A stretch of 64,000 bases of DNA from positions 45,136,001 through 45,200,000 of the forward strand of contig OX597820.1 in NCBI GenBank assembly GCA_951406725.2. Direction: 5' to 3'. Positions 24,161-35,104 of this stretch are shown in pieces. The notes under the pieces were generated by a model, which was not told the origin of the DNA, made no database searches, and saw only the letters and a program-made list of their open reading frames with translations. Positions within the stretch are counted from its first letter, which is position 1. Each line of letters opens with the position of its first letter. A program made the translations under genes and the position numbers. The stretch comes from Octopus vulgaris (taxonomy: Eukaryota).

Positions 24161-27108
24161 TGTTTGTCTGAGTGCTTGGAGCGGTGGTAGTTGTGTCATT
24201 TGTTGTCTATTACAAGTTTTCTTAAATTCATGGTAAATATATGTTTGTGTAGATGCATATGTACGTGTATATATACACATGTATACATAAACAGATATAA
24301 TTGTAACGCTGCTACACCAGTCACTAGATATCACACTCTTTATGAATAATAGCAATATATGACTCAGTGTGAAAGCAGATATTGTGGAACTGTTGTCAGC
24401 ACCATTTTGTATCCAACAGATTTTGATATTTCTTAAAACACTCACTGAATTACAAAAAAAAAAAAATGAAATTCACTATAATGCAATCACAAAACAGGAG
24501 AGTTGTTCTGAGAAAGAACTCCCATCTGACAAGTGTTTGGCCATTATTGCTGATACGCTATGGGAGCTGGAGCCACCCACCTCTTGTCTCATAGGTTTCC
24601 CCTTGCTGCTTTCCAAAATATTGTCGCCTGCATAATTCAGACGTCAGGCATTCTTTTTGTGGTCTTGAATTCCCTTGCCTGTGTATTCTGACTTATATGT
24701 TGTTTCCAGATTGTGGAGTCATTACTCATATGCATAACTTATTGGCATGGATATCGAGGAATGCAGTATTTTCATATTTTGGTATTTCGATATGAAGAGT
24801 AATGTTTTCACCGCATTTAAGTTGTGAAAACTATATATCATTCAAATATATATATCTTTCAACTTTTATCTTTTATGTCTTTCATTCATTAGATTCCTGC
24901 CATGCCATGTACATATATTGCTGGAATGTAATATATGCCTGTGTATGTATGTATATATACATATGTACACATGTATGTGTATACATACCTAAATATGTGT
25001 TTGTGTAGATGCATATGAATGTATATGTATACACGTGTATATATACAGGTATTCAAATACAGATATATTTGTAGTGCTGCTACAACATTCACTAGATACT
25101 ATGCTCTTTCTGAATAATAGGAATATGTGACACAGTATGAAGGCAGACAATATGGAACTTTTGTCTGTAGTATATATATACATATATATGTATGCTTATA
25201 CATATGGATATATATTTATAGATATACTTATAATTCTGCTACACCAGTTACTGAATAATGGCAATTTGCGACACAGTGTGAATGCAGACGTTGTGGAACT
25301 TTTATGAGCACCATTATGAATCCGAGAAATTCTCATAATTCTTAAACATGTAGATAACCTGAATTATAATTCCTAGGACATGCCTGAGGCTGAATCTGCT
25401 GCTGCTTTTTCTAGATGCATCTATGTGAAGGACTTTTGATGGTGTATTCTTACTCTTTATATTCAAATGAATCTTTTGAAATTTATTATTGTCATGAGAA
25501 AACAGAGAAATGGAATATTCTGACTTACATATCGTCTGCATAACATGTAGATATTACCTGTATGCATAAAAGTAAAGCCATGAATATCAAGGCACATAAT
25601 GCTGCATTCATATACCCAATGGATGCCAAGCTAGGAATGTGTTGTTTTCATATTCGGTATAAAAATGTTAACGGTAGCACTTTCTCTCCACTCAACTTTT
25701 AAATCGTTTAAATTTTTTATACTCTTCATCTTCTAAGTTTCACTTGTTTCAGTGATTAGATTGCTACCATGCAGTAAATATATATTGCTTGATTGCAATA
25801 TATGTGTGTTTATGAGTATATTTATTTTATATATATATATATATATATATACATACATGTCTGTAGATACACATGTATGTGTATAAGCACACATGTATGT
25901 ATATACAAAGATACAATGCTGTTACACAAGTCACCGAATACTATGCCTTTCTGAATACTAGCAATTTGTGGCATAGAGTGAAAGCAGGCTTTGTGAAACT
26001 GTTGTGAGAACCATTATGTATCCAACAGATTTTGATATTTCTTAAAACACTCACTGAATTACAAAAAAAAAAAAATGAAATTCACTATAATGCAATCTCA
26101 AAACAGGAGAGGTGTTCTGAGAAAGAACTCCCATCTGACAAGTGTTTGGCTATTATTGCTGATACTCTATGGGAGCTGGAGCCACCCAGCTCTTGTCTCG
26201 TAGGTTTCCCCTTGCTGCTTTCCAAAATCCTGTCCCCTGCATGATTCAGACGTAAGGCATTTTTTTGTGGTCTTGAATTCCCTTGCCTGTGTTTCAGACC
26301 ACTAATGCTGCTACACCAGTCACTAGATATTATGACTTTCTGAATAATAGCAATTTGTGACACAGTGTGAAGGTAAACATTGAGGAACTTTTGTCAGCAC
26401 CATTATGTACCAGACAGATTCTGGTATTTCTTCAAACATGTACAGAATGACTGCAATTAGAATCCCCAGGAAAAGCAGGGGCTAGACTGATGTTGGTGGT
26501 TCTTGATGCATCGGCTTTAAAGTCTTTTGTTGTTGTATTCTTACTTTTTGTCTCGAAATCAATTTTTGCCATTTCGAAATTATTGTCATAAGCCACCCAA
26601 GTTGAATATTCTGACTTACATGTTGTCTCCAGATCGTGGAGACATTACGCTTATGCATAACTTATTGTCACGGATATCAAGGAATGCAGTATTTTCATAT
26701 TTGGTATTTCAATAGGAAGAGTGATATTTTCTCTCCATTGAAGTTGTGAAAACTATATATCTTTGAAATACAAAAGTAAGGACGTAAAGTAAGTACAGTT
26801 AGGGAGCTTTTTAATGATCACTATAAATGTTTTGATACATATAGATCTACATATTGAAATGAATTTTTTGAATTTGTTATCATCACAAAACAACAAATTC
26901 AAATATCTTGACATGCATGTCATCTGCAAATTGTTTAGACATTGTTGTATCACATTCATATACCCGATGAATGCAAAGCTAGAAATGCAGTGTTTCCATA
27001 TTTGGTACTTGTATAGAAAGTCTAGCATTTCCATATTTGGTATGTGTATATAAAGGGGAGCATTTTTACCCCTCCCAAATAGTTACATACACACACACAT
27101 ACACACAG

Positions 27109-27142
<34 letters not shown>

Positions 27143-27398
27143 GTATACATGATGATGATGATACATATTCTTCATCTTTTAGCTTTTATCTGCTTCATTT
27201 ATTAAATTCTTACCATGCAGTCAATATCTATTCCTGGAATGAAATATGTTTTTTATGTATATATAAATATGTGTGTATGTCTGTATACACATGTATGTGT
27301 AGGTTCATATGTACATGTGTGTATATATATATATATATATTTGTAAAAAAGAAGCTTGAAAACGCCACTACATTAGATAAATTTTAATTTTCTTATGA

Positions 27399-27443
27399 AT
27401 TTTACATGTTTCGGTTCTTGAAAAAACGAACCTTATCAAAAAT
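27399..27443 (-). ncRNA. Minimal type I hammerhead ribozyme, U3-A8 core variant, inside a ~400-bp insertion (27340-27740)
   Basis: attt-TTGATAA-ggttc gttttttcaa gaacc-GAAAC at GTA-aaat; 5-bp stem II, palindromic stem III (ACATGT). Confidence 0.7.
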
Positions 27444-28028
27444 ATTATAAAAAGTGCAATAGAAAAGTTCATAATCGTTTCTTACTGGTCTCAATAGAAT
27501 CCACGTGGTGGTGTTTTGTCGGTAGTTGGTATAATTGCTATATTACAGTTGAGTGTAGTGAAGAAGTTCATCACTGTTTCTTGCTGGTATCAAAAGGAAC
27601 CGCTTTTTTGTTACCTTGTGTTCTAATTGTAGCAACAGTAGTGATTGTTGGTCGTAGTAGTAGTAACCTGTGGCTGTCCTAGCAGCAGTTACTGTTGGTC
27701 GTGATTTTGGTAAACTTGGTGGTGGTTGGGACACACTTAAATATATAGATATATTTGCATGTGTATACACATGGATACATATTTATAGATATTCTGCTAC
27801 ACCAGTTACTGAATGTTATGTCTTTCTGAATAATGGCAATTTGTGACACAGTGTGAATGCAGATATTGTGGAACTTTTTTGAGCACCATTATGAATCCAA
27901 GGTATTCTCATAATTCTTAAACATGTAGATAACCTGAATTATAATTCCTGGGACAAGCCTGAGGCTGAATCTGCTGATACTTTTTCTAGATTCATCTATG
28001 TGAAGAACTTTTGATGGTGTATTCTTAA

Positions 28029-29340
28029 TAATAATAAAACATTGTGTACAGTGCTCAGGTGCACTACAACTCATCTAAAGTGTATGTATAGTACATAGGG
28101 TAATGTACAGGTTCCAATCTGCTCTCTTCCAATCGAAGGAAGCAGATTGGAGATGGTTCAGGTTTTTGTTGTTGCCCGCAAGAGCCAGATTGGCGATGAT
28201 CATAGCATGATCAGAGTCGCCTAGTGGTTCCTCCGTAGTACAATTGATAACCGCTTTAGGAGTTGTGGTGAAGAGCAGGTCCAAGGCGTTGTCGCCTCTT
28301 GTTGGAGAGGTGACTACTTGTGACCAGTTTGAGTTCAGTACAAGCTCAACGAAATCGTTTGCATTCTATGGCCAATGGAAGGTTTCCCAATTGATCTCAA
28401 AATGATTGAAGTCGCCTGCAATAAAAACATAAGTGGCTGTTTTCCTGGCAGCAGCTTGGAGGATATCGCAAAGCTGTGTGTCTTGATGGTAATTTGGGGG
28501 ACGATATACAACGCCAAGCAGGAGTGTTGACATGGTCATACGTATGTCACAGAAAAAAACTTCTTGTGATTCGTTCAAATCAGCACAAGGAATTACCGAA
28601 AAATTTGAACGAACGTAGACCATCACACCACCACCACGGCGGTTAATGCGGTCCTTGCGGAAAAGGTTGTACCCAGTAATGTTGAAAACCCCATCACAGA
28701 GTAAGGAATGTGCCTATGTTTCCGTGACTGTGATGAAGTCAGGGTCAATACTTCTGACGTAGGAGTTGAACAGATGTATTTTGTTGCATAAACTGCGAGC
28801 ATTTAAGGACAACAATTTGTACCCTGCTTGCAGTTTATGATAGTGTGTAGAGGATGGCAAGTTGTTCTGGTTTAGTTTCCCAGAGTTGCTGTAGTTTTTT
28901 TTCCATTTTCAGTTATTGTGGATAGAGAGCACTCAGACCAGGTGGTATCTCTCTTCCACGTTTCACCAGTCTTAACAAATCTCCAGCTTTGTCCATCCTC
29001 ACGAAGACTGAAACTTTCTTGCAGAGCTGAGTTCCGGTTCAGGGAAGCTGCTACACGTAGCTTCGGACGTACGTCGGGTGGTAAGCCTGGGCGTGTTTGG
29101 AAGGTAGCCCGATTTTCACGCCCAGCTTTAACTGAGGCCAGATGGTATGAGGTTGCCTCAGCATTGTCTGAAAAAGACAGCTGATGAGCCTGGGTTTCGG
29201 GCCAGGTCGTCCAAGGCGGAGAGCACCCGTTGGGGGAACGCAGCCTAGCTCTTTGGCTGAGTTGGCAGCAAATGCCTGAAGATCAACCATGTCTTCTGGT
29301 ACCCCAATGGCAATAACTTCGTGGGTAATAGAATCCGCGG
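28029..29340 (-). mobile_element. CR1-like LINE derivative: ORF1 C-terminus plus APE endonuclease fused directly to the 3'UTR/(ATT)n tail (copy 1)
   Basis: 'LSLNARSLCNK', 'YRPP', 'AGDFNH', 'LDLLFT', 'LGDSDH'; tail 'tttagatgagttgtagtgcacctgagcactgtacacaat' identical to 11324-11363. Confidence 0.88.
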
Positions 29341-30022
29341 TCTTTAAGGATGGCCCTTGAGAGAGGATGGGTACCTGTAAGAAGAAATTTAAGTGGCTGT
29401 GGTTAATCCCTAGGTGTAGGTAGTTACACCTTTCCATTTGAACAGCACAATCTCGCTGTTTCACCTATCCATTTTTTAGACATGCTGCCAATCTGATTGT
29501 GAGGGTGGTCTGCATAATCATTAGTGAGAACATAAGTGAAAGCCTTCAATGACCATTGTGATTTTATTGCTTTCGAAATACCTTGCCTATAGGCTTTGTA
29601 CTGAGAAACATCCCCCTAGTCGATTGGATCTGTTATCTGCTGTCTCTGCAGCTCTGGCAGATGCAGTAGAAGCAGCGTCTCTGCTCAGATGCAGCTCACA
29701 TTGAGCATCATTCCCTGCAGCTCTGGCAAATGCCGTAGAGGCAGCATTTCATTCAGATGTAGTTCATGTTGTGCATCGTTCTCAGCAGCTCCTTCAGGTC
29801 GTGCAGCTGCAGCCTTTCGGTCTAAACGAAGTCTACGCCGACTATTTTTGTCTGCAGCTTGTACATCTGCATTAATTGTTGCATTTCTTTTGTTCTGATG
29901 TGGAACATTTTCGTTATTCAGCACAGCCTGTGGGAATGTAGATGCTGAGGCATTACTGCTGCCTTGAATCGAAGTCTCGTCATCATTCTCTGTTGAATGA
30001 GAAGATGCAATGAGAACAGAAT
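29341..30022 (-). mobile_element. Helitron RepHel N-terminal fragment (copy 1)
   Basis: Ala/Arg-rich repeats 'AENDAQHELHL..AAST..ARA', then (frameshifted) GET..LCCSNG.V.LP..PPQPL..LLTG zinc-finger region. Confidence 0.8.
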
Positions 30023-30471
30023 CTGAATAATAGCAATTTGTGACACAGTGTGAAGGTAGACATTGTGGAAGTTTTGTCAGCACCATTATGTATCAGACAG
30101 ATTCTGGTATTTCTTAAAACATGTACAGAATGACTGCAATTAGAATCCCCAGGAAAAGCAGGGGCTAGCCTGATGTTGCTGGGTTCTTGTATTCTTACTT
30201 TTTATCTCGAAACCAATTTTTGCCATTTCGAAATTATTGTCATAAACCACCCAAGTTGAATATTCTGACTTACATGTTGTCTCCAGATCGTGGAGACATT
30301 ACTCATATGCATAACTTATTGGCACGGATATTAAGGAATGCAGTATTTTCATATTTGGTATTTCAATATGAAGAGTGATATTTTCTCCCCATTGAAGTTG
30401 TGAAAACTATATATCTTTGAAATATAAAAGTAAAGAGGTAAAGTAAGTACAGGAAATGGAAACAAGGAAAT

Positions 30472-30637
30472 GGACTTTTTTTAAACAACGAAAAAACAAT
30501 ACAGGACAAACAATACAAGGAAAATTCCCCTTCATCAGCTGTCCCTGTTTCAACTCAATGCGTGTTTCGAAGGTAAGGACAGAACTCGGCCGAAGCCGTG
30601 TCCTGTACTCTGTTTTTTCGTTGTTTAAAAAAAGTCC
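30472..30637. repeat. Short insertion bounded by ~37-bp inverted repeats
   Basis: ggactttttttaaacaacgaaaaaacaatacaggaca ... tgtcctgtactctgttttttcgttgtttaaaaaaagtcc. Confidence 0.85.
30527..30588 (-). ncRNA. Candidate non-circularly permuted hammerhead ribozyme
   Basis: Minus strand: cgaGTT-ctgtcctt / ccttc-GAAAC-acg / agggacag-CTGATGA-agggg; all core nucleotides and three helices present, strand order swapped. Confidence 0.55.
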
Positions 30638-30702
30638 TTTCTGAATAATAGGAATATGTGACACAGTATGAAGGCAGACAATATGGAACTTTTGTCTGTA
30701 GT

Positions 30703-32487
30703 TCTCTCTTTCCCCCGTCTGTCTTGATAGACAATGGGTCGCGCCAAGGGTGGGGCCTACTTTGATGATGAGCAGCGTCTGCTGTGACTGAACAGTCCAA
30801 TTCTAGAGTGGCAGTCCGTGGTACAGTTGCTGCACACGAACATCGATGGGTACGTGTGGGGTGTTGCTGCAGTTGTCCTCCTCCTGTCCCGCCTGTCCGA
30901 CCACAGCTGTGCTCTCCTTTCCTCAGCCATGGAAATGCCTTTCCTCACTGTCCGACGCCAGGCAGAGCGGTCAGCAGCTGTTACCTCCCACGTGTCCACA
31001 CAGATGTTGGCAGTCCTCAGGTCGCGCTTGCACACATCCCTGTATCGTAGCTGTGGACGTCCCTTGGGTCGGGATCCCGTGGTGAGTTCGCTGTACAGGA
31101 TGTCTTTAGGCATGCGACCGTCCTGCATGCGGCAGACGTGTCCGAGCCAGCGCAGTCGTCTCCGCACGAGGAGGGCATGCATGCTTGGCATATTAGTCTG
31201 TTCTAGGATGACTCCGTTTGGTACTCGGTCCTTCCAGGAGATGCCAAGGATCCGTCGAAGACACCGCATGTGGAAGCCGCTGAGGCGGCATTCTTGCCGG
31301 GTGTATGTTGTCCAGCTCTTGCTGCCGTAGAGTAGGGTGCTCAGCATGCAGGCTCGGTACACTGCGATCTTGGTGGTTATTGTGAGCGTGTTGTTTTCCC
31401 ACACTCTCCTGGAGAGCTTAGCCATGGCAGCAGCAGCCTTCCCAATCCGTCTGTTCAGCTCCGGCTCGAGGGACAGGCTGCTGGAGACCGTCGATCCCAG
31501 GTAAGTGAACTCGTTCACCACCTGCAAGCTGTGGTCGCCGACACTGATGCTGGGGACCCCTTCGATGTCCTGGCCCATGATCTCTGTCTTTTTCAGGCCG
31601 ATGGTAAGGCCGAACTCTTGGCAGGCATCCGCCAGGGAGCTCACCAGCCTCTAGAGACCTGGCTGGTTGTGTGACGTTAGGGCGGCATCGTCAGCAAAGA
31701 GGATCTTAGCTCTGAGGTGCGCAAGATTGAACAACCCATCATCAGCCCTGGTGTGGAGGAACACTCCGTCGTCGGACGTTCTGAAGGCATAGGACAGGAC
31801 AAGGGAGAAGAAAATTCCGAAGAGCGGCGGCGCCAGAACGCAACCCTGTTTCACTCCACTCTGGATGGGGAACGACTCCGAGGGCGATCCGTCAAACTGC
31901 ACTGTTCTCTGCATACCGTCATGAAAGGAGGTGATGAGTTTCAGCAGTCAGGGAGGGCAACCTATCCTACCCAGGAGCGCAAACAGCCCCTCCCTGCTGA
32001 CTGAGTCGAACGCCTTAGCCAGGTCGATGAAGGCCACGTATAGGGGCTGTCTCTGTTCTCGACTCTTTTCTTGAAGCTGCCTGAGTGAGAAGATCATGTC
32101 GATTGTAGACCTCTCTGCCCTAAAGCCAGACTGAGACTTGGGGTACACACGCTCTGCAAGCATTTGCAACCTCTTCAGGACCACCCTGGCAAATGCCTTA
32201 CCGACAGTGCTGAGCAGTGATATGCCCCTGTAATTATTACAGTCGCTTCTGTCCCCTTTGTTTTTATACAGTGTGATGATGTTTGCGTCACGCATATCCT
32301 TAGGGACAGAGCCCTCCTCCCAGCACTGACAGAGCAGCTCGTGGAGATGGCCCAGAAGGGCTGGCTTCCCGCACTGGTTGACTTCTGCCGGGATGCCGTC
32401 TTGCCCTGGTGCCTTGCCCCGAGCGAGTGAGTCAATTGCTTTGCTCAGTTCTTCCTTTGTTGGAGGCAGGTCAAGCTCCTCCATGAC
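30703..32487 (-). mobile_element. 5'-truncated RTE-clade LINE (RT region, few disruptions)
   Basis: 'KAPGQDGIP', 'NYRGISLL', 'FIDLAKAFDSV', 'GVKQGCVLAP', 'LFADD', 'CSNC...CHSRIGLFSH'; empty paralogous site at ~25170. Confidence 0.92.
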
Positions 32488-35104
32488 AGTATATATATAC
32501 ATATATATGTATGCGTATGTTTATACATATGGATATATATTTGTAGATATACTTATAATTCTGCTACACCAGTTACTGAATGTTATGCCGAATGGTGGCT
32601 TTGTTGCCCTGTTGCACCTCTGCCACCCGAGCCTCTCTCGCGGCTCCAACACCGTTCCTTAGAGCATGCATCCTAGCTCTGACAGCACACCCTTCGTGTT
32701 TGGCGTTGAAGTGTTGGTCGAGGGCCAACCTCGCCGCCAAAACGTCAGATGCGATGCCGCTTCTAATTGCCTCTTCTAGCTTCTTAACTAGCTCACCCTC
32801 TACTCTATTTCTATCTATGGCTAGTGCTTTGCTGTACCTAATCGCTTCTGCTTTTACTGCTCTCTTGAGGGCAAACCACCTTTTGTTGTTGATGATGGCT
32901 CCCGTCAAAGCCCTCTTTGCTAGTGTGCTAATCCGGTCTCTGAAAACCTGTCTCGATGGGAAAGACGCGTTTAGTTTCCAGTATCCGGGACCCTGCCTAA
33001 GTTTCTTACCTAAGTCTAGCGTACATGTCACAAGTTTGTGATCCGTGTAGCTGACTATGTGGAATTGTAGACATCCTATGCTATCTCTATCTACATAGTA
33101 TCCTATCTAGATACGATCTCGACGACCTTATTCGGTTGCTCCATGTCCACGTTGGCGCATTTGGGTGGTCTAGTCAGAACCTGTCAGACAGTTGAAAGCG
33201 TCTTAGCAGGTCTCTGAGGCATTTGCATTCCTGTCTATTCCTATCTCTACCCATGTAGTCTACATGCGTGTCCAAGGTAGCATTCCAATCCCCCACTAAG
33301 AGTAAAGGACGAGACGTTCCCAAGAATACTTCTAGACGTTGAAAGAAATCTGCCCGACCTGTTAAGGGCAGTGCGTAGACTGATACGAGTCGAAAAGCGC
33401 ACCCATTGCTGCCGTCGACATCCAGGACGACCAGTCTACCCTCTGGGTCTATGAATATTGTCTTTACTTTGAGATCCAGACTCTTGCGAAAAAGTACTGC
33501 GCTGCCACTACCGCCCATTCTTGGCAGACAGGGGGAAAAATAAATGTTGAACTGTCCACCAAACATGGTCTTTAGGGCCCACGGATTGTGGAGTCTGGTC
33601 TCACTTATGGCTATGATTTCTAACTTATGTGATTTTATGTCATTTAAGAGGTACCCTTGTTTCCAAGGGGACCCCAAGCCACTCGCATTTACACAACCAA
33701 TCTTGATCATACTCCTAATGAATTAGAATACAAGTGAAAGGAACAGAGGGTTACTTACTGCTCGAAAGTTTTTGCTTTCTCCTCCTTTGGTTTGTCCTCG
33801 AGGAGATCTCAGTAAAGTTTCTTTGTTAGATATTTTTGGCATTTACCAACCGCACTGGGGAAAATGCCTTTGAGTGTGTGGTGCAGACTTTTGGAGATGT
33901 GTAATATTTTGATGTGGTCTGGTGGTGTTGTGTATGGGTGATTGTTTGTTTTTATGTCATCTTCTGTTATGTTTGTTTTTGATTTGATGTATTCCATCAA
34001 ATTTGTTTTTGGTGTCTATAGCTGTGAGCATGTTTGCTGTATATATTTTTGTGGTGTTGGTGTGGCTGTTGTTTGTGTTGGGTTTTGAAGTGTCTTCGGG
34101 AGATGTATTTCCCCTGCTTTGTTTGTGTTTGCATTTGGTTTGGTTGTGTTTCTGCTCTTTATTTTCCTTTTTTTTCTAGCTATTTGCCATTCGTCACTGG
34201 TTTCGTCTTCTGACGAATTTTCTGAGGAATCAGTATGGGGAAGGGGTATGTTGTAGGCTTCTATGTATGTCTGTGTAGGTGATTGTGCTGTTGTTTTCGT
34301 TGGTGTTGATTGTTGAGTGTTTGTGTGTGGTGAGTGCGGTATAAGGGATGGGGAGTCAGTTTTTGTAAATTTTCTTTGTTTTTCTGTTCCTTTGGTTCTT
34401 GCTGTTGTTGGTGGTGTTGGTATTTTCTCAGGTGTTGAGTAATTTTTGGTTGTTGACGGCTTAGCTTGGTGTGCTTCTCTTGTCGTCTTCTGTGTTGATG
34501 GTGGTGTGGGTAGTAGGGCTTTTTTCTCCAAGTGTTTTGGTTGTGGTAGTGGTTGTTGCTGTTGCTCTTGGTGTGGAGTGGTTGGGCACGTCTTTTTCAA
34601 GTGTGTTTTGCTTCCACACAAATAGCAACATGGTCGCCTGCCCTCTACTACTACATGAAGTTTGTAGCCTCCTGGCAGTTCTATAGTGGTGGGTATTTTT
34701 TCTCTTGTTGTTTCATCCAATTGGAGAAGGAATTGGATTGATTTTCCCACCCAGTCTTTTTGTCTTAGAACAGCGATTTCAAGGATTTTTGTCTCTGCGA
34801 TTTCAAAGCAGATGGCAGAGACTAACCATTGTATTTAGACATCAGGTGGTACATTTTTTATTTGGACTTTCGTCAGTCTCTGGTTTAAATAGATTGGTAT
34901 CATTACCAAGTCGTCTGAATGCAGCTCCAATGTGGAGAATCGTTTTGCTAAATTTTCGTTGAGGAAACGTACTTGGACTGTACCAAATTTATTTCCCCAA
35001 CTGATATACTCCTTAGAGTCCCATGCAGGACGAAGACATTTTTCAATTTTTTCATGCGGTGCATTTTCTGGTCGTTTTGCTTTCTTGTTGATGACTTTCT
35101 AGAG

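Noticed and set aside
25525-25550. 'YADD/FADD' in one frame of module M suggesting a reverse transcriptase
   Set aside because: Not conserved in subtype C or the outlying copies, and no other RT motifs at the proper spacing
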